From the human T2T-CHM13v2.0 reference genome, Homo sapiens, in the NCBI RefSeq assembly GCF_009914755.1, contig NC_060946.1: a stretch of 64,000 nt of DNA; one strand, given 5' to 3'. The stretch's first letter is position 1; every line of letters starts with the position of its first letter. The notes below the pieces were generated by a model. That model did not search any database and was not told the origin of the DNA. It saw only the letters and a list, made by a program, of their open reading frames with translations. The position numbers and the translations under genes are program-made. Positions 1 to 16,699 of this stretch are shown here, piece after piece.

Positions 1-29
1 CTCCCCCAAGCTGCCAGTCCCACTCCCGT

Positions 30-430
30 CCCCCTCTTTCCTCACCAACAGATTCTGATTTTGTTCAAGGCAGCAATGGGACCTGCTGAAAACACACCCC
101 GTTGCCACTCCCTTGCAACTAGGGGGGCCTGGGACGCAGTTCTGGCTGGGGAGAAAAAGGCACAAGTCCCTCGCTGGGAGTCAGCCCTTTCTCCTCTCCT
201 TGTTCTTGCGCAGAGGCCTGGAAGGGAGGATGCCATCTGTGACAAGCAGGAGGGGAGGGCTGGTGTGGCAAGGACAGTGCGGTTAAGGGCAAGCCAGCTC
301 AAGTCCTGCCAGCTTGGATGGTACACCTGGGACTTCCTACCTGCGACAATAACCCGTCTGCTCCGGCCCCCACAGGGACCAGCCTCTGCATACACTCTTC
401 AGTGGTCCGCCTGTGAAGCCAATTTGCTGA
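30..430 (+). mobile_element. Old MaLR LTR (MLT1J/K-like)
   Basis: ATTTTGTTCAAGGCAGCAATG..CTCCCTTGCAACTAGGGGGGCC..GCAGTTCTGGC; GCCATCTGTGAC. Confidence 0.45.
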
Positions 431-657
431 AAGACGACTCCCAAAATGTCTGGTGCTTCCAACGTATCTGTCAGTCTTCACCTCTATTTAAAGACACCGG
501 TAGTAGATGAAATGGGTTTCCTAGCTCTCTGGAAGGTATCTGCCGAGTTCTCCAGTTTCCATTTTGCCATCTTAATAGCATTTTAAGGAATGCTCAAATG
601 TCTCTATCTATCTCAGATTCCTGATTCTGAGACCCTGAGGACACTGAGTGTCAAAGA

Positions 658-862
658 TGGGAGGACTGAGGGGAAAAGGGGAGGACTAAGAGACGGGGTA
701 GGGGAGATCGAGAGGCAGGTGGGGAGACTGAGGGGCGGGGGGAAGGGGGATGAGGAGCCTGAGGGGCAGGGGGGAAACCGAGGGGCAGTGGAGAGGGGCT
801 GGGGGGAGACTGAGGGGCAGGGGGGAGACCGAGGGGAAGGGGAGGGGCAGTGGGGAGGGGCA
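658..862 (+). repeat. G-rich degenerate minisatellite, about 19-20-bp unit GGGGAGACTGAGGGGCAG(G), roughly 7-8 copies
   Basis: Units visible at 701-720, 721-740, about 752-771, 773-791, 803-822, 823-842. Confidence 0.7.
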
Positions 863-930
863 TGGAAGGCACATGACAGGCACCTTCAGCTAAGGCTCTG
901 GGAGTGGGGAGTCAATCCCCTCCCTTCCTC

Positions 931-1231
931 TTTTTTTTTTTTCTTTTGAGACAGGGTCTTGCTCTGTCATCCAGGCTGCAGTGCAGTGTCCAGGTCGTAG
1001 CTCATTGCAGCCTTGACCTCCTGGGCTCAAGGGATCCTCCTGCTGCAGCTTCCTGAGTAGCTGGAATTACAGGCACATGCCACTGCACCCGGCTGAATTT
1101 TTTCTTTTTTGGTAGAGGCGGGGTCTTGCTGTGTTGTCCAGCCTGGTTTCAAACTCCTGGGCTCAGGCAATCCTCCCGCCCCAGCCTCCTAAGGTGCTAG
1201 GATTACAGGTGTGAGCCGCCTCACCTGGCCC
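931..1231 (-). mobile_element. Alu (J-like)
   Basis: polyT + GAGACAGGGTCTTGCTCTGTC ... GTGAGCCGCCTCACCTGGCC. Confidence 0.9.
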
Positions 1232-1440
1232 AACATCCCCATTTTCAACCGGGACACCCCGCCTTGCTCCTGTGCTACAAACAACATCCCAAATTCATCA
1301 CAACTGCACAGCAGGCCCCGCACGCACGCTAAATCCACGTCCACCTACAGTCACCACAATTCAAACGTTCATCAATGTCACACCAAAAACCTCGACTTAC
1401 GATGACTTATTACGAAAGCTTTCAGGGAAAAATGTAGGCA

Positions 1441-2505
1441 ATGCCATCTGCTGCAAGTGTTTATTCTATTTAGAAGTCTACAAATTTGAGCTTTTAAGAA
1501 AGATTCACAAAATATTCATTCAAAACCACATTTTTGGCTTATCAAATTTCAAATATATTTTACTGTGCTGAACAATATATTCTAATGCTGTCTAAAACAC
1601 AGCTAAATTATTTTTCTTTATTTGTTTATACACATTCGGTAATTTCTGAAAAGCAAGATTTAAAAATATTTATTAACAAAACTACCCAATTACAATGACT
1701 GTTCTCCCATACACGCAACTATTTTCTGTAGCTGTATCTTCTTACCTCATTCCACTTTAACTCTGTATACCGTATTGATTTGTGATGAGATGATTTATTA
1801 TGAGAACTCTTAGGGAGTTCTCATCTTCCATTTCTCATCAATTCAAACAGCAACACCTTTCACAAGATAACATTAATTCCCTTGGCAGGGCAGAAGCTTA
1901 AGTTTGTTAAAAGCACTCACTGAAAAACATTTTTAAATTTATAGGTCATATAAAATAATTTACAAAGAGACAGATGACTTCAAATATTATTTGGCAGTCA
2001 CCTTACTATGTAGAAACATAAATGAAGCAATCTGTCACACGAGACACCAGTCACTTTTGGTCTTTTGAAGGAAGTGTGTGTGGTGAGTGTTGTTTCTGCA
2101 GGCCCATCCAGCATCCGCTGATTCTGGCAGCCCTGAGCCCATGTGTCACATGGAGACCTCTCCTCCTCCCCCACATGAAGCCTCCTGGTTCAGGAGCAGG
2201 AGGAGCCGAGGTCTCCAGGCCCTCAGTGTTGAAATCAAAGGTTCCAAGAAAATAAAGCAAGGATATACACAGAGACGCCAAAGGAGGGTGTGACAGGAAG
2301 GAACGTGAAACAGAAATCACAGGAAAGCTCCTACATCAGAACTCAGAATTTCTCAAAAGAAATATTAAAAATCAGAAACATATACCATATGAAAAAGTAG
2401 CAAAACAATCTGCAAAACTATCTGGACTTCACTGCCGCCTGAGATGTGGTTACTTGTTCATTTAAAGAGGAATTTCTCCAGGAAATACACATCATGACTT
2501 CAGTA
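1441..2505 (-). other. ARFGAP3: ARFGAP3 3' UTR (about 1.06 kb, AU-rich)
   Basis: Repeat-free AT-rich sequence between the stop codon and the distal AATAAA; 3' end inferred about 20 nt past the signal. Confidence 0.8.
1460..1465 (-). terminator. Distal polyadenylation signal AATAAA
   Basis: TTTATT on + at 1460-1465; followed on - by a CA about 18 nt downstream, then U/GU-rich sequence (ttttt, ggtttttggtgtg, ttgtggtg). Confidence 0.8.
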
Positions 2506-2523
2506 TTAAGAACCGTAGCGATC
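2506..2523 (-). CDS. ARFGAP3: ARFGAP3 exon 16 coding part (DRYGS-stop)
   Basis: tctctcttcag|GAT CGC TAC GGT TCT TAA. Confidence 0.95.
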   Translation of the reverse strand, partial: DRYGS

Positions 2524-3956
2524 CTGAAGAGAGAACCAAAATGGAAGTTCACGACCATTCAGCAGCGATCCCTGACTCCCACGCCCTGAATATTCAGCAT
2601 CACCCAAATTGACACTGCAGCCCATGTCAGGCATGTGACATGGACGCTGCACCCCGAGGGTGTGCTCATCTGGAAGCAGCCATTGCTGCAGCTTCAAGGC
2701 TGAGGGTAGGTGTGGGCTTCAGAACCCAACAGGATTCACATCCTGCCTCTGGCATCCACGGCCACAGTCCTGGGATCAGGAGGCAGGGAGCAAAGTGGGC
2801 GGGAGGATGCTCAGTGGGCCAGAGGCAACTTGCTGAGCCCTCTGGGAAGCAAGTGGGAAACGGAAGACAAAGGAACACATTTGGTGTTTGAAGCCCTGAA
2901 ATTTTGGTTCAGCTGGTCATCTTGCAGAAGTGACCTAACCTTCTGTGCCTCAATTCCTTCACCTGTAAAATGGGGATATAAAAGGGAGCCATCTCTAAAA
3001 TGGGGATGACCATCTATAAAATAGGGATGTTACCTATTTGGACACTGATGTGGGCTTAGCTGACCTAAGGGACATGAAAGAGCTCTATGCATTTTAACTT
3101 CAGTGCCACATGAAAGGGAAGACTGTGCTATTCACAGCATGAAAACGGCTACATCCAGAGTCCTGGGGCTGAGGGAACTCTCCGGAATGGGTGCACCTCC
3201 ACGCCCTCCTTGAACTGCAGCTAGAGCAGCATCTGCCTGGGGACCAGGAATCTCCTTTGGAGGCACCAGAGTCCACACGGTTTCAGTCCTACTTCCTTTA
3301 GCAGCGTTTTACATTAATACAATCCTTCTTCAATAGCCTGACGTAAACAAGAAGGTGCAAAGAAACGAGCCACTCATATCGTCACAGATGGCCTCGACTC
3401 TCATGCGCAAGTATGCGCCATCCTTGGCTTATGTTTTCACTCAATAGAATGTGGTTTTAGGAAAACTTTTCATTACAAGGAAATGCTCCCAGCATCACAG
3501 AGAAAAAGCAAGATATAAAACCCTCTATACAATATAATCCCTTTTTAACTTTAAAAAGATAGATATGTATATCTTTTTAATCTACGTATAGAAAAATATC
3601 CTTAGAAATCTAGAGCTAAAAATATACCAAAATATTAACAGAGGTTATCCCTGTGATGTGGCATTACAGATAATTTCAGTTTTCTTCTTAATACTTCTCT
3701 GTTCCAATCTAGGAAAAAAACTGGACAATGGTCATGACAATTCCTCTAACAATTCCCCTAGAGTCATCCGTTAGAAAATATTAAATATAAAATTATAATT
3801 TCTGGTTTTCATAATGTTCTGGGTTATAGTGTAGCAAACATATCGATCCAATAATATATAATTGAATTTTCCAGCAGTTGAAGATTGAAGCAGGTCTCAT
3901 TTTCAAACTGCTGAACCTACCGTCATAGCCAGTGAGCACTGCCCCATTCCACTGAC

Positions 3957-4078
3957 CTGAATTGAAGTCACGACTCCATTAGCAAAGACGGAGAGTTTTC
4001 CAGCAACCGATCTCACTCCCTGCTTGAACTGCGCCATGTCGGGGGCGTTGGGCAGCACACTGGACAGGCTGTAGTTCC
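3957..4078 (-). CDS. ARFGAP3: ARFGAP3 exon 15 ([40 protein letters not shown]); C-terminal amphipathic helix
   Basis: tgtgtgcag|GG ... CAG|gtcagt; 122 nt; visible in ORF 3903..4088. Confidence 0.96.
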
Positions 4079-5152
4079 CTGCACACACACAGCAGACACT
4101 GTCTCATCACTGCCCTGGCCACAGCTGCGGCAAACCCAGTACCCAGAGTGCTCAACGGCTCCAGAGAACCCGGATCTCTCCCCTCCTGCTGCCTCACAAG
4201 GGGCCCAACAGTGGGATGGAGACTCGGGCTGAAGTGGCAGCCCTGCCATGATCCACATGAGAGAATCCACACGACAGAAAATGTAGTATGGGGGACTTAA
4301 CACCACTATGAGTTCAAATCCTGGCACTGTCACTTCTAGGCTGTGTGCCTCTAGAGAAGTTCCTTGCTCTCTCTGGGCCCATTTCCTCAAGGTGCTTAAC
4401 ATAGCCCTGGCAGGTAAGTACCCAGCAAAAGGCAGATGGGCCAACACGGATGGCCTGTTTCTCATCACCTCCTCCCTCTTTTGGTAACAGTACTCCTCCC
4501 TTCCTCCAGGAACCACCTCTCCCTTCTACCCTGTCCACAGGCATGGGCACATGACCCAGGCCTGACCAATCAGAGCCTTCCCAGGGATTCATGTATCCTC
4601 AAATGAGAAGAGCCATTTGCTTGCTCTGGGGTTATTGGCAGGGACAAAGCAAAGCAGCAGCCATCTGTGACTACGACTGCCCCTCCCACTCGCTTGGGGT
4701 ATGGAGGAAGCTTGTTACCTCCCCCAAGGAGGTGAGCCAAATAGATGCATCACTGATGCTGTCTGACTGTGACTTAGAAGCCAAGCTCCACTGCCAGTCT
4801 TCCCAGGTACAGAAGTTCACACTTCCACCCTCTTTGCTAGGGCCGGTGTTAGTGGCCCTAAGTTTTGTTAGTTGTTAGTTTTGTTAAGTGTTAGTTGCTT
4901 AAGTTTTGGTTGCCCTGATGTAAACATCACCATAATTGCTACCAATCTGGGTGAAGTTCATCAGGGTTATCACACATCAAGGAGGTCTGACCACACTCCT
5001 AGAGCTGACAATCAGGGGTTCATAAACTTCTGTGTCACAATTGTAATAAGACGCTGGAGGGGCTCAGTGAGCTCAACACAAACCCTGCAGGTCCTCAGGA
5101 GTAGCCACGCCCAGCTACTCCCTAAGCCCCACATGACACCACCTGCTCCTTA

Positions 5153-5615
<463 letters not shown>

Positions 5616-7015
5616 CTAAAATCTTGTAGGCCTTCACCAATGACAGAGTGTAATTCCAACACAGTGATGGGACTGGGGTGCTGTGTCTCCTCTGAGGGCT
5701 GCCTGGGCAGGCTGGAGGGGCCGGGTGGCCATGGTCAAAGACAGCCCTAGTGTGCTCAGGTTACACAATGAGCTCCAGGAAATGACAGTTCCAGCCACCT
5801 GCTCAGGAAGAGCGTCCTTGACCCAGGGAATCTCTCCTCCCTATCTTTTCCCAGAACACCCACAGTGTGTACTGAGGACACAGCTACAGACCTGCTTTTC
5901 CACAGCTCACCACCTACTGGGGAAAGCAGACAATTAACTGATAACATCACTAAAGTGTGACCTGTGTCATCTGGAGGGGACACAGAGCAAACTCAGGTAG
6001 ACAGCTGGGAGGTGGCTGCAGGGGTCCAGGTGCATGGGGCGGTGCCTGAGCATGAGGAGGCGGCAGTGGGGATCAGGAGGGAACGGGCTGAGCGTCCTCA
6101 GGAGGCAGGTGTCAAGAGGCACACTGACTGACTGGCCTAGGCAGGCTGAGAGGCAGGCGGATTAAGGATGTTTCCCAGGTTTCTGCTTGGGCAGCCAGGA
6201 AGAAGACAGCTGCTCCCCTCTCTGAGACAGAGGGGACACTGAGCTACACAGTGGTCTGTGGTTGGGGCAAATGCCCTGGATGGGTCAGGACAGGCCAGGT
6301 GACTCTGAGCTAACAACCACCCACAACTGATGTTTGCTGTGCCCAGTGCAGGTGGGCAGGGGGTTCTGTGCATCACAGTCACTTGCGGTCCAAGCCCATG
6401 GGGCCACCTCTTAATTCCAGCTTCCTTGCCTACTATGACAGGGAAAGAAACATGGCAACATGCGCACAGCTCTTAAGGCTTGTGCTGGAGGCGGAACACA
6501 TCGCCCCTGCAGCCTGGCACTGGCCATGGGACATGGGAGGTAGGGGGAGGCGTGTTCCAGCCTATGTTGGCCGGTGGGCAGGTGCTCAGACTCAGCAAGC
6601 TCCTTGGGGTCATTCATCACCCCTCCACCCATTCATCCTCAAACACCTGCAGAGGGCTTCCTCTGCCAGGCTGTCAGGCGCCAAGGGCACAGAAATGAGA
6701 ACTGACAGTCCACTGGGGGAGACGGTCTTCGCATGGTCTTGCCCTCAGTGTAAGGCACAAGAGTGGTGCAAGGGGGCCTAACCAGGCCCCCAGGGTAAAT
6801 ACGGGTTGCGGGGCTGTCTGGGGGAATGGGGAAGAAGAGCATTCTGGGCTGGGGGCTCCACAGGCTCAACACAGCTGGAGTGAGCCACAACAGTGAATCA
6901 CGAGAAATGAGGCTGGAAAGGCCAGTGGGAACCATGGTCCTGGAGGTGGGCATTGGGTGGGGAGCTGTGCTTCAAGCTGAGGGCAGGATTTTCAGCACAG
7001 ATGACTGTGTTCTGA

Positions 7016-8150
<1,135 letters not shown>

Positions 8151-8780
8151 GGGGCCACTGCACAGCTATACTGTCTGACAAGCACACATGGCAATAACCA
8201 AACCAGACTGCCTGATGCAGACTGAGGGCAGTGCTTTCGAGGTCACACTCCTAGACCCTGGGCTGGAGCAAAGAGAAAAGGAGACAGTGGTTAAGGGACC
8301 TCACAAACAACCTACCACTTGACCCCACGATGCACACAAGGAAGGGGTGCAGGTGTCTGCACTCCCATGCAGACGTGCTCTCATTCAAACAATCAGAATT
8401 GGCTTTCTGGGAGGAAACATGCTGAGGGGGCAGCTGGGTTTTAAGCTTTTTGTTGTATCCTGGCTCTCACACAGCTGCCTCCACTCTGTCATCTGGTGTC
8501 TGAGTGCCTCACGCCTGCCTGAGGCAGTGCCCAGCTGATGGCAGTCCCCCAGCTCTAATGACCCTGTCCCATGGGTGTGACCACAGGGACTGTTGCTGTG
8601 CCAGGTCAGGTTGGCTGCAGGCACTTACATGCGCTTCCCACTCAATCCTTCAGCTACAGTGAAAGAGAGTGCCCGTAAGAACGGCCGCAGGTCTCCTGGG
8701 CTAGAAACACCCCCAGAAAGCAGCTTACCTCACCAGAAGCGTTTCACATTTGGAAATTAAGATAAGGAACACAGAACTGA

Positions 8781-9733
<953 letters not shown>

Positions 9734-11989
9734 AGAACAAGTTTTAAGAACTTGTTTTCTTAAAACAAGCTTTTACTTCAATAGGAAAGTATTAAAGACA
9801 AAATAAAAGAAAAAAAAATTTATAAAATAAAACAAGCTTTATGGAGGCAGAACACACAAAGCTCTTTGTTGAAATATGCTCTGAATAATAAAAAGTAAAT
9901 ATTTAATAAAAGTTGCTGGTGCCTGTAATTCCAGCTTCTTGGGAGGCTGAGGAGGGAGGTTTGCTCAAGGCCCGGAGTTTGAGACCAGCCTGGGCAACAC
10001 AGTTAGACCCCGGCGGGGGCAGGGGAGTGAGTTTCTGGGTGGCCTCTCACCCCAGGGTGCACCTTACAATGACCACGAGGTGCCAGGAACCAGGGTTGGT
10101 TTGGCATCCACACAGGGTCAAAAAAATTTAATGGATCTTTGTTCTCTGAAAGGGAACAGGAAGGTAAACACAGGCTGCCACTATTTTTGTTCAGTAACTG
10201 GAAAGGCTGCTCTCATTTGATCTCCAAATATTTTTTTAAAAAAACAAACAGTGCTTCAGAGTAAAACTTCTATTGATTTAAATTACAAAGGCATCCATTG
10301 CAGGGAGTCAGGGGACTGAACAATGCAGGTCTCTGGACCGGCTGCTGGCTGTGCCAGGGCCCCTACAAGGCGACCCAGCACTGACCTGTGGGGCTGCTGG
10401 AGGTCTCCAAAGGTGGCCGGAGTGCCTCTCTGCCAGGGGTGGTCACAAAAGGAAGTTGCCCTGACAACAGGCCAGGACACTGAAAGTTTGGAGATGGAAC
10501 AAGCCAATGAGCCTCACCTGCCCCCACCAAGACTCACTGCCAGGAAATGCCCAGTCAGCAAGTAACTGACTGCCCAAGGGAAACGAGGCCCCTCTGCTCA
10601 AGTCTGGGGTGAGGCACAGGGTGTGCTCCTGACCAAAGAGTGGCTCAGGGGAGCCGTGGCCCTGGCTGCGCACCCCCAGGCACCCTCACACTCTCACTGG
10701 CAGCGGATGTGCCGGGGCTTGTCCACTCTGGCCCTGGCCTCTGGCTCCTTGGGCTGCCTGGCTCTCTGCCAGCTGCTCTGCCAACACAACCCTTGTCTCA
10801 CTTGCTGCCACCTGGCTAGGACTCTCCCTCCACTGCAGCACAGCAACTTGGCAGTGCCCACTGCACCCCGAGGGCCACAGTGTGTCTCTATAACATCCCC
10901 AAACCACAACCCAGAATGTCCGACACTCAGACCTCTCTCGAGCTGTTTCTCTTTGGACTCTGAAAACAGCTGTTCTCTGTGGCTGTAAGGCCAAGTGATA
11001 GCCTAGGTTGGTCACTTAGAGCCACAGCCAGCTCCTCTAGGCCTAGGGATGCTGAGGGTGCCAGGCTTGGAATGCCTGGCTCCTGAGAGTCATCCCTCCC
11101 CTTGGCTCTCCTGCTGATAAATGGCTTCCTGAAATGACCTCAGAGGACGCTGCCCCTTTCACGTTAACCACAGGGCCCCTCCTCCCCACTGTGGCCTGGC
11201 AGAGGCCTTTGTAGGGTACTCTCACAAGGCATCCCTCAGTCAGGGGGAGGGGAAGTCGAAGCAGAGGGGCCGGCGCTCTGAGGCCCACCACTGGGCTCAC
11301 AGGCCGCCCCATCCTAGGCCATCCCAGCCCTGGGAGGACCAGACACCTCCTCGCTGGGGTCTGAACCCTGAAGAGGGATATGGGAGACAGGCAATTCCTC
11401 TCCACCTGCTCACTCCCAAAGCTGTGTTCTGTCTTCCCCAGAAGACAGATGCTGTTAGAGCCACATGTTTCTATCTGCCTCTGCCCACCCCTGGGGCCTG
11501 CTGTGTGCCAGACACTTGGTGGCACTTCACATTGCTCATTTAAGCCGCATGACAACCTTGTGAGGTGGTTTTATCCACCCCCGTTACAGAGGAGGAGACT
11601 GAGGCTAAAGACACCATGACATCCTCAAGGGCTCACAGCTAGAGGGTGGTGAGGATCACACGGGAGCCCGGCGCTGTCCACCTCTAAGGCTAAGATAGCA
11701 CATGGTATTTCATAGCACAGCCGCACTCAGCTAGAAAACACTCCTCTATGACAGTGTTCAGAAGGATGACTTGCCAGGCAATGATGGGATGTTGCTTTAA
11801 TTTCATGACTTGGTCTCCTTACGTGTGAAGCCTGGAATAGTAACTTCTGCTCTACCTGACTTATAGCAGAGATCAGAGCATCGAATAATGGTTGCTAAAA
11901 TATCTTGGAAAAGGAAACAGTCCTATCCAGATGAAATGTGTTCATACCGTAGACATGACAGAGACCAGCTCTTGTTCAGTGCCCCCTAC

Positions 11990-12080
11990 CTGCTGGCTGC
12001 TTCCTCGGCTCCTCGAACAGATCAGCCGAGCTTATGGAGGAACTTGCCGACAGCCTCTCTAGGCGGGCCCTGGTCTCATA
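11990..12080 (-). CDS. ARFGAP3: ARFGAP3 exon 14 ([31 protein letters not shown]); second Glo3 motif
   Basis: tcttctctag|TAT ... G|gtaggg; 91 nt. Confidence 0.96.
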
Positions 12081-12714
12081 CTAGAGAAGACAAGGAAAAG
12101 GAAATGTTAGGCTCCAAAGATTGTGGGCAGTTTTGCAAAAAGAATCACTGAAGAGCTGTCATTTGAAAGTGTTTGACCCCCAGGCTCTTTCTTTCCAACA
12201 GTTACTGAATGCCACTGCCAAGGCCAGGTCCTGCGGGACAGCACAAAGCTCATGTTCTGCATGGGAGGCAGGTCACAGGCAGACTGATCAACATACAACA
12301 CCTCAGCCACGATGGCCAGTGCGGAGGCCGTCGGAGTGAGGGAGGGAGAGCGGCATCTCTCTCCTGGTGCTGCTTCTAGCCAGCTGTCAGCAAAGGCCAC
12401 TCTAAGAGTCTCTTTTCCAAGCCCCATGACACTATTTTAAAACTGAACTTGAATGTCAACTTTGAAGCAAGGCAGATTTTATGGACTGTGGGAACAGCAA
12501 GGGGCAATTCTACTTTCGAAATGATGGCGAAATGTTACACTTGCAGAAGTTTAAATTTCTGCAAAATACATTCAGCACATTTTAGGAAACCATCATCCAA
12601 ATAGTCAGAGGCACACTAGCAATTCAGGATGAGAGGAAAGACGTAAACCTCCCCACTTCCACTTGAGTCTTACAGCTTAGCAAGACTTCACTATGATGAG
12701 TTCATTAACATTTC

Positions 12715-13538
<824 letters not shown>

Positions 13539-13683
13539 TCAAGTCCTGACTCCAGCACTTTCAGGCCAGAGGGCATCTGGCAGCCTGAGCCCAGCTCACT
13601 CAGGATCTCCTCCCCGACAATGCCCACACCCACACTTCCTTCCTGCATTATGGGGCACCCAAAGAAACTCTCTGGACCCTTAC

Positions 13684-13807
13684 ATCAGCCTGGGATTGTC
13701 TTCCAAAATACATATCTGATGAAATGGCCTTGACATTGCCAAACTTCTTCTGGGCCTCATCTGTATTTTCAACTGGCTCATAATCTGGCTTGCGGCGAGC
13801 AGTAGGT
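13684..13807 (-). CDS. ARFGAP3: ARFGAP3 exon 13 ([41 protein letters not shown]); first Glo3 motif
   Basis: aattgcag|A ... GAT|gtaagg; 124 nt. Confidence 0.96.
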
Positions 13808-14247
13808 CTGCAATTAAAAACAGCCAAATTAGGTTAAACTAATTTGAGGTGAAGCAAATGTGTTTCATACTCATTTTATTTTTTAAAATGCCAACAGCAG
13901 TAAATTTTGTAAAAGGATTTTAGGCTGTTTTTAAAAGCCTGAAAATTCTAATTAAAAAAAAAAGAATAAATACCCAAACGATACAAAATTTGAAGGAATT
14001 TCTGTTTAAAACGGGGTCTGTTATTTCACATTTCAGTTCAAATATGTTATATCACATTTCAGATCAACTGGGTAAACACTGAATACATTGTTTGGAATGT
14101 CCATAGGACACTGCTCTCTCTACATTGTATAGGTTATAAAATGTCCCAGTTACCTGGGACAATTTCAAGTCACACCTGTTGTCCCAACATATTAGTAGTA
14201 CCCCCTTGCACTCTCAGAAGTCCTCTGGTTGGAAAATAAATTCATTC

Positions 14248-14630
14248 ATAATCACCAAAAACTGGAGACAGCCCTTCAGCAGGTGAATGGATAAACTTGG
14301 CAAGTAAGAGGAATGAATACAAGAATGAATGAGTCTTCCCCAAGTGTACTAAGACAAGTTAAACCAGAGTAGGAAGGCCAATTGCTACATGACTCCATTT
14401 ATATGATATCTGGGAAAGGCAAAATTGTAAGGCCAGAAAACAGACCTGGGGTGACCAGGGGCCAGGGGCAGGGGAGGGGGGACTACAAAGGGCATGGGGA
14501 AAATTTGGGGGTGATGGGAACTGTTCTGTTTCTTGGTTTTGGTGGTAATTACATGAATGTATGTGCTTGTCAGAACTGTAAGTTTAAAAAGATGAATTTT
14601 ACTATATGTAAATAATACCTTAAAATTGGG
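14248..14630 (+). mobile_element. Old L1 (L1ME/MC-like) 3' end fragment
   Basis: ATAATCACCAAAAACTGGA..AGGTGAATGGATAAAC; ATGACTCCATTTATATGA..GGAAAGGCAAAATT; GAATTTTACTATATGTAAAT. Confidence 0.65.
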
Positions 14631-14638
14631 GGAAAAAA

Positions 14639-15635
<997 letters not shown>

Positions 15636-15729
15636 CCTTACAAGGGTTTTCATGTCATCATGTTATCAGCAATTTTTTCCCAGAAATGCATGGATTCACT
15701 ACTACAACCCCACAGTTTTGCATTCATAC

Positions 15730-15861
15730 CTGTCTGAATAGCCTGTGGTTTTCAGAACTGTTTCAGTATCTTTGCTGGTCTCTTTTTTCCAATAGGAATC
15801 TGAACTGTCATCCCAGCTAGAGAAAGAACTGCTCCTTAACTCCACTGGCTCGTCAAAGTAA
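15730..15861 (-). CDS. ARFGAP3: ARFGAP3 exon 12 ([44 protein letters not shown])
   Basis: ctcctacag|T ... AG|gtatga; 132 nt. Confidence 0.96.
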
Positions 15862-15914
15862 CTGTAGGAGCAAGAGTACAACAGTGACTTTGGAGGTCCT
15901 TGTTGACACTCGTC

Positions 15915-16299
15915 CTGGGCTCTCTCACTTCCACAGATGTGGGGGATGCCTCCTTGAAGTTAATGGCAGTCACATAACTAGGTCTAGCCAATGAGACAGG
16001 AGCAGACACGAGGTGTGTCATTTCCAAGGCCTTTCAAGTACCTGTGTTCAACCTTGCCCAGTCCTCTCTTCCCAAGCTACATGGAAGAGATTGTGTTCCA
16101 GGTGCTACAGTCTCAGGTAGGTGAAACCTCCATCAGTCTGGACAATCAAGATGACACATGGAGGACAGGTACTCTAGAGAACCACCTGAACCCTTAGCTG
16201 ACTTTATGTGAAAAAGAAATCAATTGTCATTGTGTTCAGCCCTTGAGATCTGGGGGATGTTTATAACCTTAGTATAACTTGGCCTATCCAGACAACACA
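15915..16299 (+). mobile_element. Old MaLR LTR (MLT1I/J-like) just upstream of the exon 12 acceptor
   Basis: CTAGCCAATGAGA..GAGCAGA..TGTGTCATTTCC ... TTGTGTTCAGCCCTTGAGATCTGGGGGATGTTT..CCTATCCAGACAACACA. Confidence 0.55.
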
Positions 16300-16699
16300 G
16301 GGCATCTTTAAATGTTATCTACCACAGGTTACACATTTCACTGTCTTTAGGTCTCATTCCGCCTGGTTAGGCAATCACAAATAACACTGCTGGGCCTAGA
16401 GAACTGACTCCATACAAGGAGCTTCTTGTTGGCAATCCCTTCCGTGTTAAGCACATTCAATGAAAATGATGTAAATGATGCTCATTAACCTCCTCCTGGA
16501 GTTGGATACAAAGCTATGGATCATGATCACTGGACCATTCTGGGGATAGTCTTTCAGCCTGGAGCCTGCAGTAAACTTGATCTGATTTGCAAGCATCCCA
16601 GGAGAGCCTGGCCTTCAGATCAGTTTACACTTTAATTAGCCAATTGTCACTGAGCAGGGCATTGCTCAGAGAGCAGCACTCAGTGTTGGCTTTTGGTCC

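Noticed and set aside
658-862. Repeat-spacer appearance suggesting a CRISPR-like array
   Set aside because: Degenerate G-rich units without unique spacers, in eukaryotic DNA with no cas genes
2962-3030. Triple TAAAAT(G/A)GGGAT repeat, and the small duplication ACATTAATCTCTTTGA x2 near 28405-28435
   Set aside because: Local slippage duplications (the first within a MIR core) with no functional hint
3903-3956. Read-through of the exon 15 donor giving an alternative C-terminus [17 protein letters not shown]
   Set aside because: The donor CAG|GTCAGT is adequate and there is no convincing nearby AATAAA; nothing beyond an open frame supports it
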